A stretch of 64,000 nt of DNA, from positions 128,001 through 192,000 of the forward strand of contig JAEHCO010000002.1 of assembly GCA_020697715.1 (NCBI GenBank), written 5' to 3'. Position 1 is the first letter of the stretch. Each line of letters opens with the position of its first letter. Of the stretch, positions 20,620-32,000 are shown in pieces. The notes beneath the pieces are model-generated. The model was not told where the DNA came from and searched no databases. It saw only the letters and a list, made by a program, of their open reading frames with translations. Origin of the DNA: Methanobacteriota archaeon. Lineage in GTDB: Archaea > Thermoplasmatota > Thermoplasmata > SG8-5 > JAGLSY01. The translations under genes were made by a program, and so were the position numbers.

Positions 20620-22275
20620 CTATATCGCCTCCAGTAAGGTTCTGGCCTCGTTCTCAACATCGAGCTTTAGGAACTCGATGTCATTCACTATCATGATCAA
20701 TCCGAAATCATCGAAGGAAACACTGCCAATCGCGCGGACTGGCCTGGCGACCATCAGCTCGGAGAATTGATCCTGGATGACACTGTAATCCATGGCGTCC
20801 TTTGCCTCGGATAGACAGTCATCTATGGACTTTTTGATAAGTTTCTCGGAAAGATCGCGGCCTATCACCGCGGTCATCGCTCCTGTGCCATCATCCACTA
20901 CGGCCTTCACGCGCATGTCCGGTATTCCTTCCACTTTCTCGTGGATCTTGCAAATGTTCTTCTTTATGGCGCGGTTACATTCGGGACATCGGAATATCAG
21001 GCCGCTTCCTTCTCGCACATCCAGTACCATACCGTCTACTGAAGCGTCCAGCATGCCACCGCTCTTGACCAGGCCTTTGATATCCATGCTCACTGGCTTG
21101 GACAGTTTTTCAGCGCTTGGCAATTTATCCTTGGACTTCTCGATATTGCCCATGTCGAAATTAAGCTGGGGCATACCTCTCCAGGCGCGGATATAGGCAT
21201 TGTTTATCTGCATCACATCGCCAATTTTGAACTTCGCCTCGCCCCAGCAAGTGTATGATATCTTGCCAGTCTCGTCAGCCAAAGTTCCTGAAAGGAGGGT
21301 CTTTTCCTCGTCCTTCACGGTCACCATTCTCTGATCTCTTGTGATTATCCTGGCGACCACGTTCAAACCACGGTCGCCATCCTTGATCTCACCTATTTTC
21401 ACATCTCGGCCAGGACCGGCATTTCCACCAGATACGGGCGGTAATGCGTCTTTATCCTCTATATCGACAGTCGCTCGCTCTCCGAGATTGATCTGGGGCT
21501 CGCCATTCCATTCGGTGATATAAGCAGAGCCGATGCGAATGACATCGCCTTTTTCCAGCTTGAGGTCGCCCTTCTCCCAGATGGTGAATGGGCAGGTTCC
21601 GGTCTCATCGCCTATGATACCCGAGAATATTTCCTTCTTTTCTCCTCTGGCTGTGATCTCTTTCTCGGCTACGAAAACCACGCGGACAAGCATATTGGCA
21701 TCGAAATCGCCGAGTTCCTTTAGCTCGGCGACCTTCACATCCTTTGCTTCCTTGGGCTGGCCTCCGCCACCGCCACCGCCGCCTTTGCTTGGAGGGAGCG
21801 CGTCCTTCGATTCCATATTGATCACACCACGGTTGCCGACATTGATCTGCACCTCATCACGGTACTCGGTGGTGTAAGCGGCTTCTATACTGATCACATC
21901 GCCTTTTTCCAGCTTGAGGTCGCCCTTCTCCCAGACAGTGAAGGAGCATGAGCCAGTATTATCCGCTATAAAACCAGACAATATCTGTTTCTGCTCGCCC
22001 TTGGCGGTGATCTCCTTCTCTACCACGAAAGTTATTCTTCCTAGTATATTGACGGAATTATCACCCGGCTCGAGCTCGGCGATCGTTCTGACAACATCAT
22101 CCAGATCTGCCAGGGAAATATCGAATTTCTTCGCAATGCTTCGCATCGCCTCTCTGGCCGGGATCTTGAAATCAACTACGAACTTCAAAAATTCTTCTTC
22201 TATCTCTTCTCTTTCTGCCTTATCGCCAATGGCTTCCATAAGGTCATCTATGTTCTTTGCGTATTTCTTATCCAT
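20620..22275 (-). CDS. rpa: Replication protein A (multi-OB-fold, Zn finger)
   Basis: Repeated DxTGxxxFTxW OB folds; CPECNR...CKIH Zn finger; VDDGTG. Confidence 0.9.
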   Translation of the reverse strand: MDKKYAKNIDDLMEAIGDKAEREEIEEEFLKFVVDFKIPAREAMRSIAKKFDISLADLDDVVRTIAELEPGDNSVNILGRITFVVEKEITAKGEQKQILSGFIADNTGSCSFTVWEKGDLKLEKGDVISIEAAYTTEYRDEVQINVGNRGVINMESKDALPPSKGGGGGGGGQPKEAKDVKVAELKELGDFDANMLVRVVFVAEKEITARGEKKEIFSGIIGDETGTCPFTIWEKGDLKLEKGDVIRIGSAYITEWNGEPQINLGERATVDIEDKDALPPVSGGNAGPGRDVKIGEIKDGDRGLNVVARIITRDQRMVTVKDEEKTLLSGTLADETGKISYTCWGEAKFKIGDVMQINNAYIRAWRGMPQLNFDMGNIEKSKDKLPSAEKLSKPVSMDIKGLVKSGGMLDASVDGMVLDVREGSGLIFRCPECNRAIKKNICKIHEKVEGIPDMRVKAVVDDGTGAMTAVIGRDLSEKLIKKSIDDCLSEAKDAMDYSVIQDQFSELMVARPVRAIGSVSFDDFGLIMIVNDIEFLKLDVENEARTLLEAI

Positions 22276-22457
22276 TATTTCACTCCATGGTTCACGTTTT
22301 TTTGTTTATGGTGAACGGTAGGACTCCTATATTGAGAAATGATATATAAGGGTAGAGGAAGGGTGAGCGAAAGTATTCAAATCTCCAATATGTAAGACAA
22401 ACAAAGCAAGTAATTAATATATCGAAATTTAATACGGGGGCGGTTGGAGTAGTCCCT

Positions 22458-23345
22458 ATGAAACTCGAAGAACATCTGGCAGGCCATGATCAGGATCTCA
22501 GAGAATTGGTATTGAAGATAGGCGAGATAGGCAAAGTCATTCACAAAGGGTTTGCATCCCGCCAGTCCGTATCCGATACTCAAAATGTGTATGGGGAGAC
22601 GCAGATGGCCTTGGACAAATGGGCGGATCAAGTTCTCATTGATGGATTGAGGGAATCCGGCCTTGTGAAATATCTGGCTTCTGAAGAACAGCCAGATGTG
22701 CTGGAGTTTGAAGGTTCCAAGTCGGATATCGGGATCACTCAGGACCCTCTAGATGGGTCGAGTTTAATTGGAGTTAATTTGGCTGTCGGGACCATCATCG
22801 GGATATTCCGTGGAAGTGTCCTTGTACCGGGCCAGGAGATGATCGGGGCCATGTACGTTCTTTACGGACCGCTTACCACTCTCACTTATTGCCTCAAAAA
22901 AGGCGTGCATGAATTCGTGCTGGACCCCAATGGGGAATTCGTTCTGCAATCCGAGGATATTCGAATTCCAGATGGTAAGATATTCGCACCAGGAGCTATT
23001 CGAAAGAAGTATCTGGATGGCCACCTGAAGTGGATCGAGGCACTGGAAGCCGATGGCTACAAGATAAGGTTCAGTGGTTCTTTTGTTGCTGATGTTCATC
23101 AGATCCTGCATAAGGGTGGTGTGTTCACATACCCTGGCATCGTGGGTAGCGAGCAAGGTAAATTGCGATTATTATTCGAGGGAAACCCAATGGGCTTCAT
23201 CGTGGAGCAAGCTGGTGGCGCGACCAGTGACGGTTACCGCAGTTTGCTTTCGATCCAGCCAGATGGTGTGGCACATCGTGTGCCGATATACGTGGGTGGG
23301 AAGAAGGAAATTAATTTAATTAATAATATAAATGGAGGCATATAA
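22458..23345 (+). CDS. fbp: Fructose-1,6-bisphosphatase class 1
   Basis: SEE, DPLDGSS, VGTIIGI, GKLRLLFEGNPM. Confidence 0.95.
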   Translation: MKLEEHLAGHDQDLRELVLKIGEIGKVIHKGFASRQSVSDTQNVYGETQMALDKWADQVLIDGLRESGLVKYLASEEQPDVLEFEGSKSDIGITQDPLDGSSLIGVNLAVGTIIGIFRGSVLVPGQEMIGAMYVLYGPLTTLTYCLKKGVHEFVLDPNGEFVLQSEDIRIPDGKIFAPGAIRKKYLDGHLKWIEALEADGYKIRFSGSFVADVHQILHKGGVFTYPGIVGSEQGKLRLLFEGNPMGFIVEQAGGATSDGYRSLLSIQPDGVAHRVPIYVGGKKEINLINNINGGI

Positions 23346-23347
23346 TT

Positions 23348-24481
23348 ATGTACGAGCCAATACCCGGAGATGTCATGTTCCGCGCTCTCAAGGATAAGAG
23401 CGCGATAGTCATGGCTGTCAATGCCAGAACAACTGTAGGTGTAGCTGAAGGAATATTCCGAGCCGCGAAGGACTTGGATTCCGCAGTGATATTCGAGATA
23501 GCCAGGACCGAGTGCAATCAAGATGTGGGGTACACTGGCATGACCCCTGGTGATTATGCCGAGAGGATAATGGCCGCGGCTAAAAAAGTGGGCTTCGACA
23601 TGTGGTCCCTGCATGCGGATCACATCACGGTGAAGAAAGGTGATGCTGCTGACATTGCCAAAACAAAAGAATTGATAGATGCACAAGTGGATGCGGGCTA
23701 CACCTCTTTCGCTATCGACGCTTCACATTTATTCGATTTCCAGGGAGGCAATCTGAGAGAGGAACTGGCTCTGAACATCGATGTCACCACGGAACTGGCC
23801 AAGTACATTGAGGAACGAATGGGCGGTAAGCCATTTGGTCTGGAAGTGGAAGTTGGCGAGATAGGAAAAGAGGACTCGCAGGGCAAGGTCGTGACCAATC
23901 CCGACGAGGCCGTTACTTTCATAAAAGCACTCAATGAGAATGGTGTGTTCCCGCAAGTACTGGCCATTGCCAATGGCACGTCCCATGGCAATGTGTACGA
24001 CGCTCAGGGAAATATCATGGAGCAGGTGAGTATCGACATAGATCAGACCAAAGCGGTTGCCCAGGCCCTTCGAGATGCCGGGTCAGATGTGCGGATCGCC
24101 CAACATGGGATTACTGGCACACCTCGCGAGCTCATTAACACACTATTCCCAAAAGGCGACATAATCAAGGGAAATGTCGCGACTTTCTGGCAGAACCTGA
24201 TGTTCGATGTTCTTCAAGTTTACGATCCAGATCTGTACAAGGAAATATATGACTGGACGATGGACAATTATAGAGCTAAAAATCCTGGAAAGAAGGACAA
24301 TGAGATATGGGGCAAGAACGTGAAGCAGGCGATCAAGCCCTTCCACGATCGCCTTTACGCACTTGATCAGGACGCGCTGGACACTATCGAAGCACTTTCA
24401 TATGCCGAAGCCCGTATTTTCTTCAGATCATTCGGTTCCGCTGGTACTGCCAGTATAGTCAGAAAAGCAATGGAGGGATAA
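23348..24481 (+). CDS. fba: Class II fructose-bisphosphate aldolase
   Basis: HADH, IDAS, EVEVGEIG, ANGTSHG, AQHGITG, KGNVAT. Confidence 0.9.
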   Translation: MYEPIPGDVMFRALKDKSAIVMAVNARTTVGVAEGIFRAAKDLDSAVIFEIARTECNQDVGYTGMTPGDYAERIMAAAKKVGFDMWSLHADHITVKKGDAADIAKTKELIDAQVDAGYTSFAIDASHLFDFQGGNLREELALNIDVTTELAKYIEERMGGKPFGLEVEVGEIGKEDSQGKVVTNPDEAVTFIKALNENGVFPQVLAIANGTSHGNVYDAQGNIMEQVSIDIDQTKAVAQALRDAGSDVRIAQHGITGTPRELINTLFPKGDIIKGNVATFWQNLMFDVLQVYDPDLYKEIYDWTMDNYRAKNPGKKDNEIWGKNVKQAIKPFHDRLYALDQDALDTIEALSYAEARIFFRSFGSAGTASIVRKAMEG

Positions 24482-24482
24482 G

Positions 24483-25151
24483 ATGAAAACACCTATCATC
24501 GCGATAAATATGAAGACCTATGAGCAATCATGCGGAGAGGCTGGTATCAATCTGGCCAGCCTTTGCCAGGAGATAGCGGAGGAAACAGGCGCGAACATAG
24601 CAATTGCTCCCCAGCAGACAGATCTCGCTCTATTCTCTATTGATCTCGACATTCCTATTTTCGCACAACATATTGACAATGCCAAGCAGGGCAGTTCGAC
24701 TGGCCGTATCACACCCGAGAACATATGGACCATCGGTTGCGCCGGTTCTCTTATCAACCATTCGGAGTATCGAATAGAGGCTGAAGATGTGCGTGTGCTT
24801 GTTCAAAAATGCCGCAATCTGGCATTGACCAGCATCGTCTGCACAAAGGATGCTGTGGAATCCCGAGCATACGCGGAATTTAAACCGGATTTCATCGCGG
24901 TCGAGCCGCCAGAACTAATTGGTGGGGACATTTCAGTGACTTCCGCGAAGCCTGAGGTCGTTTCCGATTCTGTCAAGGAAGTGAAAGAGGTCGCGCCAGA
25001 CGTTAAAGTTCTATGCGGAGCAGGAGTGAAGAATGGCCAGGATGTTAAAATGGCCATCGAGCTTGGCGCTGAAGGAGTTCTGCTGGCATCTGGTGTTGTT
25101 AAAGCTGATGACCAGCGCGCGGTGTTATTGGATCTGGTTAGTGAATTGTAA
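24483..25151 (+). CDS. tpiA: Triosephosphate isomerase, archaeal type
   Basis: NMKTY, NHSE, AVEPPELIG, GVLLASG; short 222-aa form. Confidence 0.95.
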   Translation: MKTPIIAINMKTYEQSCGEAGINLASLCQEIAEETGANIAIAPQQTDLALFSIDLDIPIFAQHIDNAKQGSSTGRITPENIWTIGCAGSLINHSEYRIEAEDVRVLVQKCRNLALTSIVCTKDAVESRAYAEFKPDFIAVEPPELIGGDISVTSAKPEVVSDSVKEVKEVAPDVKVLCGAGVKNGQDVKMAIELGAEGVLLASGVVKADDQRAVLLDLVSEL

Positions 25152-25205
25152 ATTCAATCGCATCATCTGACCAAAAAGCCTTTATCTCCCTAATGCCAAT
25201 CAGCC

Positions 25206-26150
25206 TTGATGTCAAAGGTCAATGGGGCGAAGGTAGCTATCGAGACTTGCCTGAATGTCAAAAAGGGTGAGCGAGTTCTAATTTTAACAGACACTTCTAA
25301 GGAAGCCATAGCTGAAACTATCTATCAGGCCGCGGTGGAAGCTGGGGCAATGGCCGTTCTCACAAAGATACCGGAGATCACCCAAGATGGACAGGAGCCT
25401 CCAATGCCAGTGGCCAAGATGATGAGGGACATGGACGTGATCGTGATAACCACGGAAATGAGCATGTCACACACGGCCGCCCGCAGGCGAGCATCCAAGG
25501 CAGGAGCGAGAATTGCCACAATGCCAGGTATCACCGAACACATGCTGAATGAAGGCGGGATGACCGCGGATTTCAAAGAGATACTGAAGGTCACACGCAG
25601 GGTGGCGAGGAAACTGAGAAAGGGCAACAAACTCGTTATCAAGACCGAGCTAGGAACGGACATCACTATGGATATCAAAGGACGATCCTGGGTGACTGAG
25701 GACACTGGTATCTGCAATAAGAAAGGTGATTTCACCAATCTGCCTGCTGGAGAGATGTTCATTTCCCCTCTTGAGGGCAGTGCGAAGGGCGTGATCATGG
25801 TCGATGGTAGCTTCAATGATCCACTTCTCAATCCGGTCAAGGTCAATGTCAAAGACGGTTATGCAACCCGGATAGTGGGCGCGCATGACGTTGTTAAAGA
25901 ATTGAACAAGGGAGGGAAGACTGGCCGCAATATCGCGAAGGTCGGTATCGGCCTCAATCCGGAAGCGAAGATAATCGGCAAGATCCTGGAAGATACGAAG
26001 GTTTTGGGAACTGTGAATATCGGCTTCGGGGACAATTCCATGTTCGGCGGCAGGGTGAAGTCCAAAGTCCACATGGCGGGCATAATCAAGAACCCTACCT
26101 TGGTCATAGACAATGTCATTGTGATCAAGGACGGCGAGCTGAAAGTTTAG
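25206..26150 (+). CDS. M29 (AmpS/AmpT-like) aminopeptidase homologue, probably inactive
   Basis: NLPAGE...GIGLNP...GDNSMFGG fold, but most metal ligands are substituted. Confidence 0.8.
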   Translation: MMSKVNGAKVAIETCLNVKKGERVLILTDTSKEAIAETIYQAAVEAGAMAVLTKIPEITQDGQEPPMPVAKMMRDMDVIVITTEMSMSHTAARRRASKAGARIATMPGITEHMLNEGGMTADFKEILKVTRRVARKLRKGNKLVIKTELGTDITMDIKGRSWVTEDTGICNKKGDFTNLPAGEMFISPLEGSAKGVIMVDGSFNDPLLNPVKVNVKDGYATRIVGAHDVVKELNKGGKTGRNIAKVGIGLNPEAKIIGKILEDTKVLGTVNIGFGDNSMFGGRVKSKVHMAGIIKNPTLVIDNVIVIKDGELKV

Positions 26151-26229
26151 GGTCTTCATCTCACTACTAACTATATCATCAAAGCTTGAATTAAACAGTT
26201 ATTAATAATCGAACTTTATTCAAGTACGT

Positions 26230-26778
26230 ATGGGGCAAGGTGGACATCATATGAATCAACCAATAAGCCAAATACCTCCTGCTGTAGCAAATACGATATT
26301 ATTGGATCAAGGAGAACATATATTGATAACATGGGATTTCTCTCAATCTAAATATATTGGCTCAAATTTTAACTCCGGACGGGGATATTTGGTATTGACC
26401 AATAAAAGAGTATTATCAATTCATTCCCAGGGATTATTGTCCTCAGGTTACAAAGTGATATCGAATATAGAGCTGCCCAAGATAAATGACCTAAGAGTTT
26501 CAAGCGGCTTCATGAGCAATGGACTTATTGTGATGGGAACTCTTTATACAATTCAGAATCCAGATATGGCTAGGAATTATATCGATAATGCGAGGGTGGA
26601 CTTTATGAAGAACGCTCCGCCCCCAAAGGCACCCGAAATGCCCACACCTCCTGCAACAACACACTATGTTAGAGAGAAGGAAGTGACAACAAGAGAGGTC
26701 GTGAAGATCCGATGCCAGTTCTGTGGATGCTTATTTGACGAGGTGGTTGATAAGTGTCCAAGCTGTGGAGGTCGCTGA
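26230..26778 (+). CDS. Bacterial PH-like domain plus Zn-ribbon protein
   Basis: GYLVLTNKRVL; C-terminal EVVKIRCQFCG...CPSCG. Confidence 0.65.
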   Translation: MGQGGHHMNQPISQIPPAVANTILLDQGEHILITWDFSQSKYIGSNFNSGRGYLVLTNKRVLSIHSQGLLSSGYKVISNIELPKINDLRVSSGFMSNGLIVMGTLYTIQNPDMARNYIDNARVDFMKNAPPPKAPEMPTPPATTHYVREKEVTTREVVKIRCQFCGCLFDEVVDKCPSCGGR

Positions 26779-26805
26779 TTTTTTAGCAGTGGGGATCTCA
26801 ATTGT

Positions 26806-26885
26806 TTAGAATCCTTTTAGGCTTTCTTTCAATCTGGATAGCTCGTCCTGTCGCTTTCTCCAGGCATCTTCCTTGTCAGTGAGGG
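26806..26885 (-). repeat. Displaced copy of the 3' end of gene 33841..36270 (left boundary repeat)
   Basis: 26819-26871 is identical (53 bp) to 33854-33906; the copy encodes LTDKEDAWRKRQDELSRLKESLKGF*. Confidence 0.9.
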
Positions 26886-26924
26886 AGCTATGCACATGGA
26901 GCTGGTAAGCTCAGTCAAGGCGGA

Positions 26925-27908
26925 TCACTGGTCTATGACGAAGAAGGGTATCAGGTATCTACACCCGATCACTGGCCGGTCAATATTGCAGTCAAGTGTC
27001 CCTTTTTTATACTTCACTATGACATCGCCTTCCAATTCATCTTTTCTTAAGCCAGTATCTATCTCCTGAACGAATATCCCTCTCTTGAACAGCTTGCCCT
27101 CATAGCTCTTCACACTCTTTATCTGGCATCCTTGGGGGGCCACGATCTTGATCGAGGCTTTCAGTGTTATCTCTCTTATAGTGATGCCTGTATATTCGTA
27201 TTTGAAAAGATTTGAGTAACTGCCAGGTATCTTAGTTACTAGCTTTAGATCCACGACATTGCCGGGCTTAAGGGTTTCTTCCAATGGTATAAGATATGAA
27301 ACAGAGGAATGGAACTTGGATCTGGTGAAGGATATTGAAGGGTTCACTTTTCCTGGCTGTGATTCTTTATGATACCTCAAAGCCTCCAATGGATAAGATA
27401 CTGGCTCATTGTTCACTTCTACCGATTGAAGCTCATCGAACTTGTTGCTAAGATCGGCGGTCGAATACTTGAAACCAGGTATATGGATCTCTGAGATCTC
27501 ATTGGTAGATATGTTCTTGACAGAATATGCGAATGTCAGTAATGCATCCCCATTCTCTTGGAGATGGACGATCCTTTCCATGTTCTCATACATCATCTCT
27601 CTGTATCCGAAATAGGGAATGCTGTCTCTCCTTGCTTGGTCAAGGTTTCCTATGGACTCGGTAAGGTCCTCCTTTAGAAAGTACACCATACGCTTGCTTG
27701 GCTTCCCCTTTACATATGCCCTTTTTGATATTATCACCCCATCCTTCTCCATTTGGGAAAGCTTTCTCTGGATCGTGACCTTGTGGACCCCGAATTCCTC
27801 TGCCATGTATTCTGAGGTTATATTCTCTGGAAATATGTAATCGTCATAATTCTTCATCCCTTTTTTTCTCAGATGATCCATCAGTCCTTCGGGCGTGATC
27901 TTGGTCAT
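26925..27908 (-). CDS. Winged-HTH transcriptional regulator with beta-rich C-terminal domain
   Basis: ITSEYMAEEFGVHKVTIQRKLSQMEKDG HTH; start placed at ATG 27908. Confidence 0.7.
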   Translation of the reverse strand: MTKITPEGLMDHLRKKGMKNYDDYIFPENITSEYMAEEFGVHKVTIQRKLSQMEKDGVIISKRAYVKGKPSKRMVYFLKEDLTESIGNLDQARRDSIPYFGYREMMYENMERIVHLQENGDALLTFAYSVKNISTNEISEIHIPGFKYSTADLSNKFDELQSVEVNNEPVSYPLEALRYHKESQPGKVNPSISFTRSKFHSSVSYLIPLEETLKPGNVVDLKLVTKIPGSYSNLFKYEYTGITIREITLKASIKIVAPQGCQIKSVKSYEGKLFKRGIFVQEIDTGLRKDELEGDVIVKYKKGTLDCNIDRPVIGCRYLIPFFVIDQ

Positions 27909-27941
27909 GAATTGGTCAGGGTATGTGATGTATATAAATAT

Positions 27942-27978
27942 TTGCATTTTTTATGTATTTTAATTGCATTTTTTATGC
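27942..27978. promoter_or_regulatory. Tandem operator-like sites TGCAT-N5-ATG(C/T)A in a divergent promoter
   Basis: ttgcattttttatg at 27942 and 27964 (22-bp spacing), next to TATA-like tracts. Confidence 0.55.
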
Positions 27979-28029
27979 ATTAATCCGACAGACATATATA
28001 TCATAGTTATAACATAGCTTCATGACAGT

Positions 28030-29013
28030 ATGAGAATTGTAAAAGCCTTGGTGCCTGCAATTATGGTATTTGCATTCATATTCACGTGTTGCTGGGCAGC
28101 TTCAGGAGCTCCGGCTGCCGGTAGTACGGATAATGATCTGCTTCCAGAGTACATGCAGGACTGGGAATTGATGGAACCTGTCTTTGATCCCTTGAGCGAG
28201 GAGCTGGGCAATTATGTGATCCATTGGGATTGGAAGCAGGATGAGGCAGAGGGTGTCGTATATTACCTTGAAGAGGCCAGTACTTCGGATTTCCTGAATG
28301 CCAATGTGACCACCCACTTAGAGACCAAGGTACTGATGACCGGGAAGCCCAATGGCACCTATTGGTATCGAGTAAGGGCAGTGAAAGGAAACCTGACATC
28401 GGTCTGGAGCACACCCGACATGGTGAAGATATCCATCGAGCCCATTAACCCTCCAGACTCGGGAATAATAATACATGATTATCATAAGGATACCTATGAA
28501 CGACTTTTTGAATGGGACAGTTATTATCAAAAAGAGAAGTTGGAATTCTTCCTCAATGTCCCGATGCTTGTCCAGGTGGGGGATGCAGATGATGCACCAA
28601 GATACTGGATGACATTAAGGGAATGTCATACATCTGCATTTTACAATGTCTCAGTTATCGAGATACAAGACCCACACCAGTTCATTACCATCACCAGCGA
28701 CATAAGCACTATCGACATAGATCAGGACGGGGTGGACGACCTTGAGGTCCAGTTCAATAAGCAGCATGCCAATGGGCAGGTTTACATCAAATTCCTGATC
28801 ATCGACCACTCTGGCCCAGTCATCCCATACCATTATCTGGGAGTGGTGCTGGCTGGCTTATTGATCGTCGTATATTATGTTTACAGAAGAAAGAGATCAT
28901 CAAGACCCCCAGGAGACTCGACCGAGGCTGATATTGTTGAAGCTGAGCCACCTGAAGGGGAAACTGAAATTCAAGATATTAAAGAAGAAGGAGTTGAAGA
29001 AAATGAGAGATAA
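28030..29013 (+). CDS. Secreted, membrane-anchored FN3-like protein
   Basis: Signal peptide; YYLEEA...GTYWYRVRAV...SVWS FN3 pattern; C-terminal TM followed by RRKR. Confidence 0.7.
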   Translation: MRIVKALVPAIMVFAFIFTCCWAASGAPAAGSTDNDLLPEYMQDWELMEPVFDPLSEELGNYVIHWDWKQDEAEGVVYYLEEASTSDFLNANVTTHLETKVLMTGKPNGTYWYRVRAVKGNLTSVWSTPDMVKISIEPINPPDSGIIIHDYHKDTYERLFEWDSYYQKEKLEFFLNVPMLVQVGDADDAPRYWMTLRECHTSAFYNVSVIEIQDPHQFITITSDISTIDIDQDGVDDLEVQFNKQHANGQVYIKFLIIDHSGPVIPYHYLGVVLAGLLIVVYYVYRRKRSSRPPGDSTEADIVEAEPPEGETEIQDIKEEGVEENER

Positions 29014-32000
29014 GCAAGCAAATGGACTTAAATCTAAGAATAATACAGCAGACATGCTGGTTTTGATCATAGTATTAGCCTTGATCCTGCCCACTGTGGC
29101 ATCGATGATACAGCTGCCTGAGGCCACTGCCTCCGCACCTGCTAGGATAAGGCTGTCCTTCACCAATGCTGACACCCAGACAAGGATGACCGTGACTTGG
29201 GAGACTGATTCAACAGGCAATCCCGCAACTGTCGAGTACGGAACGACAGTTGCGCTTGGCAGTTCGGTCTCTGGTGCCAGCAGAACCCTATGGAGGGGCG
29301 ATGCAGCCCACACAACGGAGATCACTGGCCTTAACCCTGGAACAGAATACTTCTATAGAGTGAGTGGTGATTCTGGAGAATGGTCGTCCATTTATTCCTT
29401 CAACACCGCGCCATCAGGTCCGGCTGACACTTCCTTCTTTGCTGGTGGGGACAGCAGGGACAATGCGGCCGGATGGGCCACCTGCGCCAATAGCATGGCC
29501 AGTCAACCGGAGGTTGACCTGACATTATTCAATGGTGATTATGAGTATGAGTACAGTGACCCAGCGACCATGAGGACCTGGTTCACGAATGCTGAGGCCA
29601 CAACCAGGATCCAGCCTTTCCTCACGCAGATGGGCAATCATGAGGAAGATTATGCGGCTGGAGATTATCTTAACTATCTGGATGACTTCGATCTCATTGG
29701 GGTGAACGGTGATGAGACGGATGAGCACTTCTACTCATTTGATTGGGGCCTGGTCCATTTCATCAGTCTTAATACTGAAGCTGACGAGAGGAACTACATA
29801 CCAGCGACCGTTCAGGCAGCCCAAAACGCATGGCTGGCGGCCGATCTAGCGGCAGCCGATGCCAACAGGGACAATGTACCTTGGATAGTTGTGCAGGCGC
29901 ACCAGCCAATGTACGCGGCAGGCGGCAGTCACGGCCCACCGAGCGGTGGAAATTGTGTAGCGACCTGGCTTCCGCTCTTTGATACTTATAATGTGAATGT
30001 GTACATCAATGGCCACAACCACATGTACCAGAGGAGCTATCCCATCGAGGCAGGTGCAGCGACAACGACTGCTGTCAATTATTATCCGCCATCGACAACT
30101 GGGACGATCTACGCAACAATTGGTAAGATGGGTACCAGCTCAACATACACGCCCAGTGGCAGTGCGCTCTTCGCACCCACGGAGAATAACCAGATAAGCT
30201 ATGGGAGATTCGATGTGCTGGTCTCCAATGGGAGCATGCACTACACATTACTGGACCCATACGCTGGTGAGGCCATACTGGATGAGTTCTGGTGGGAGAT
30301 CGATTATATAAATTCTGCTGGAACGATCGACATCGAGAAGGACCTTTACGCTGGCGAAGATACTGTCCAGATAACCGTAAAGGATTCGGACCTGAATACT
30401 AATTCAGGGGTTGCAGAGACAGTTGATGTGACCCTTTCAAGTACAACTGAACCAGGTGGCGAGACCGTGACCTTGACCGAGCAAGGGCTCGATATCGGCA
30501 TATTCATGGGCACTGGAACGATCTCATTGACCGACGGTGCTGGTATTGTGCATGTGTCGGACGGTGATACGATAACCGCGACCTACAATGATGCGGATGA
30601 TGGAAGCGGCAGCCCAGCGGTGGTCGATGACACTGCTTTGGTGGATGGGGCTTCCCCAGCTCCTCCAACCACATTATCTGTTGAATGGTATGGCCAGAAC
30701 AGCGGGGCCAGCATATACAATTATCAGGGTGTGACAGCTGCTGCGGGCCCACATGATATTTATGAATGCAGCGCGACTTCTATTTCAAGCCCGGCTGGTC
30801 CAGTTATAAATATACAAACAGAAGCTAGTGATGCTGAATATGTGTTAGTGGATACAAGTGATGACAATCGCTGGGCCTCACCAGATTATGGGGGATCGGA
30901 GCATGTCTTCATGTTGTGCGATATGCAGATCACTGAAGCAGCATCTACTGTTGACCAGCTTGAATTCTCTTATGAAGTATTTGCAACCCGGGCATCAGAT
31001 TTCTATATCTGGGCCCAGGACAATTCTGCTAACTGGTATCAGGTCGGAGGCCCCATATCATTAGGTAACAATGGAGAGGCTACAATAACCAGAACTATTG
31101 GTTTATCGGGAGATGACCTGTTGATGGATCCATCTGGCTTTGTCAATGCAGGTATTGTCAGCTGGGGATTATGGCAGACCGATGTGTCTGATGATCTTGC
31201 GACAGATTATGCTGAACTTACTGTTGCTTATTCATACACATCGACTGATGATAATACACTCAACTGGACGCGCTCTGCTGATGATGGTGCAGGAGCTGAT
31301 GATGTCCTGCGATACAATATTTACAGGGCGGATAATGCAGGAGGGCCCTGGGACACTATCTTGGACTCCGTACCTGCTGGCACCGAGACATATTGTGATG
31401 TAGGAATGGGAGAGTTCGATGGTACGAACTGGTGGTATGTTGTGCGAGCCGAGGACATTGCTGGGAATGAAGATACGAACAGCAATGCTGTCCCCGAGCA
31501 GTTCTTAGGAAATGTAGCGCCCTTTGCACCCCTGACCCCTACACCTTCGGACGGGGCTACGATAAATGATCCAGATCCTGCTTTGTCAGTGAGCGTGACA
31601 GACCCCAATGGCGACCCTATGGATGTTCATTTCTATGATGCATCTGGGCCTACACTTATTGGCACAGACCCTGGTGTGATCAGTGGAGGTATAGCCACAA
31701 TTAGCTGGCTGGGCCTTTCAGATGGCACATACACATGGTACGCGGTGGCTGATGATGGAGAGTTCACCACTCAATCAGCAACTTGGACATTCACGGTCGA
31801 TACCTCGGTCGAGCCTCCCACTGGCTTAACAGTTGAATGGTCCATTCCATTTGCGAGCACGATCTTCAGTGATGATGTGGAAGGCGGAGACCTTGGCTAC
31901 CTGACATCAGGCGGCGGCGCTCCTATTACTGTGACATATCGTGTTACGGATGATGCCGAGGAATGTATAGACCCAGCTCCAACCGCACAGTATACTGGCT

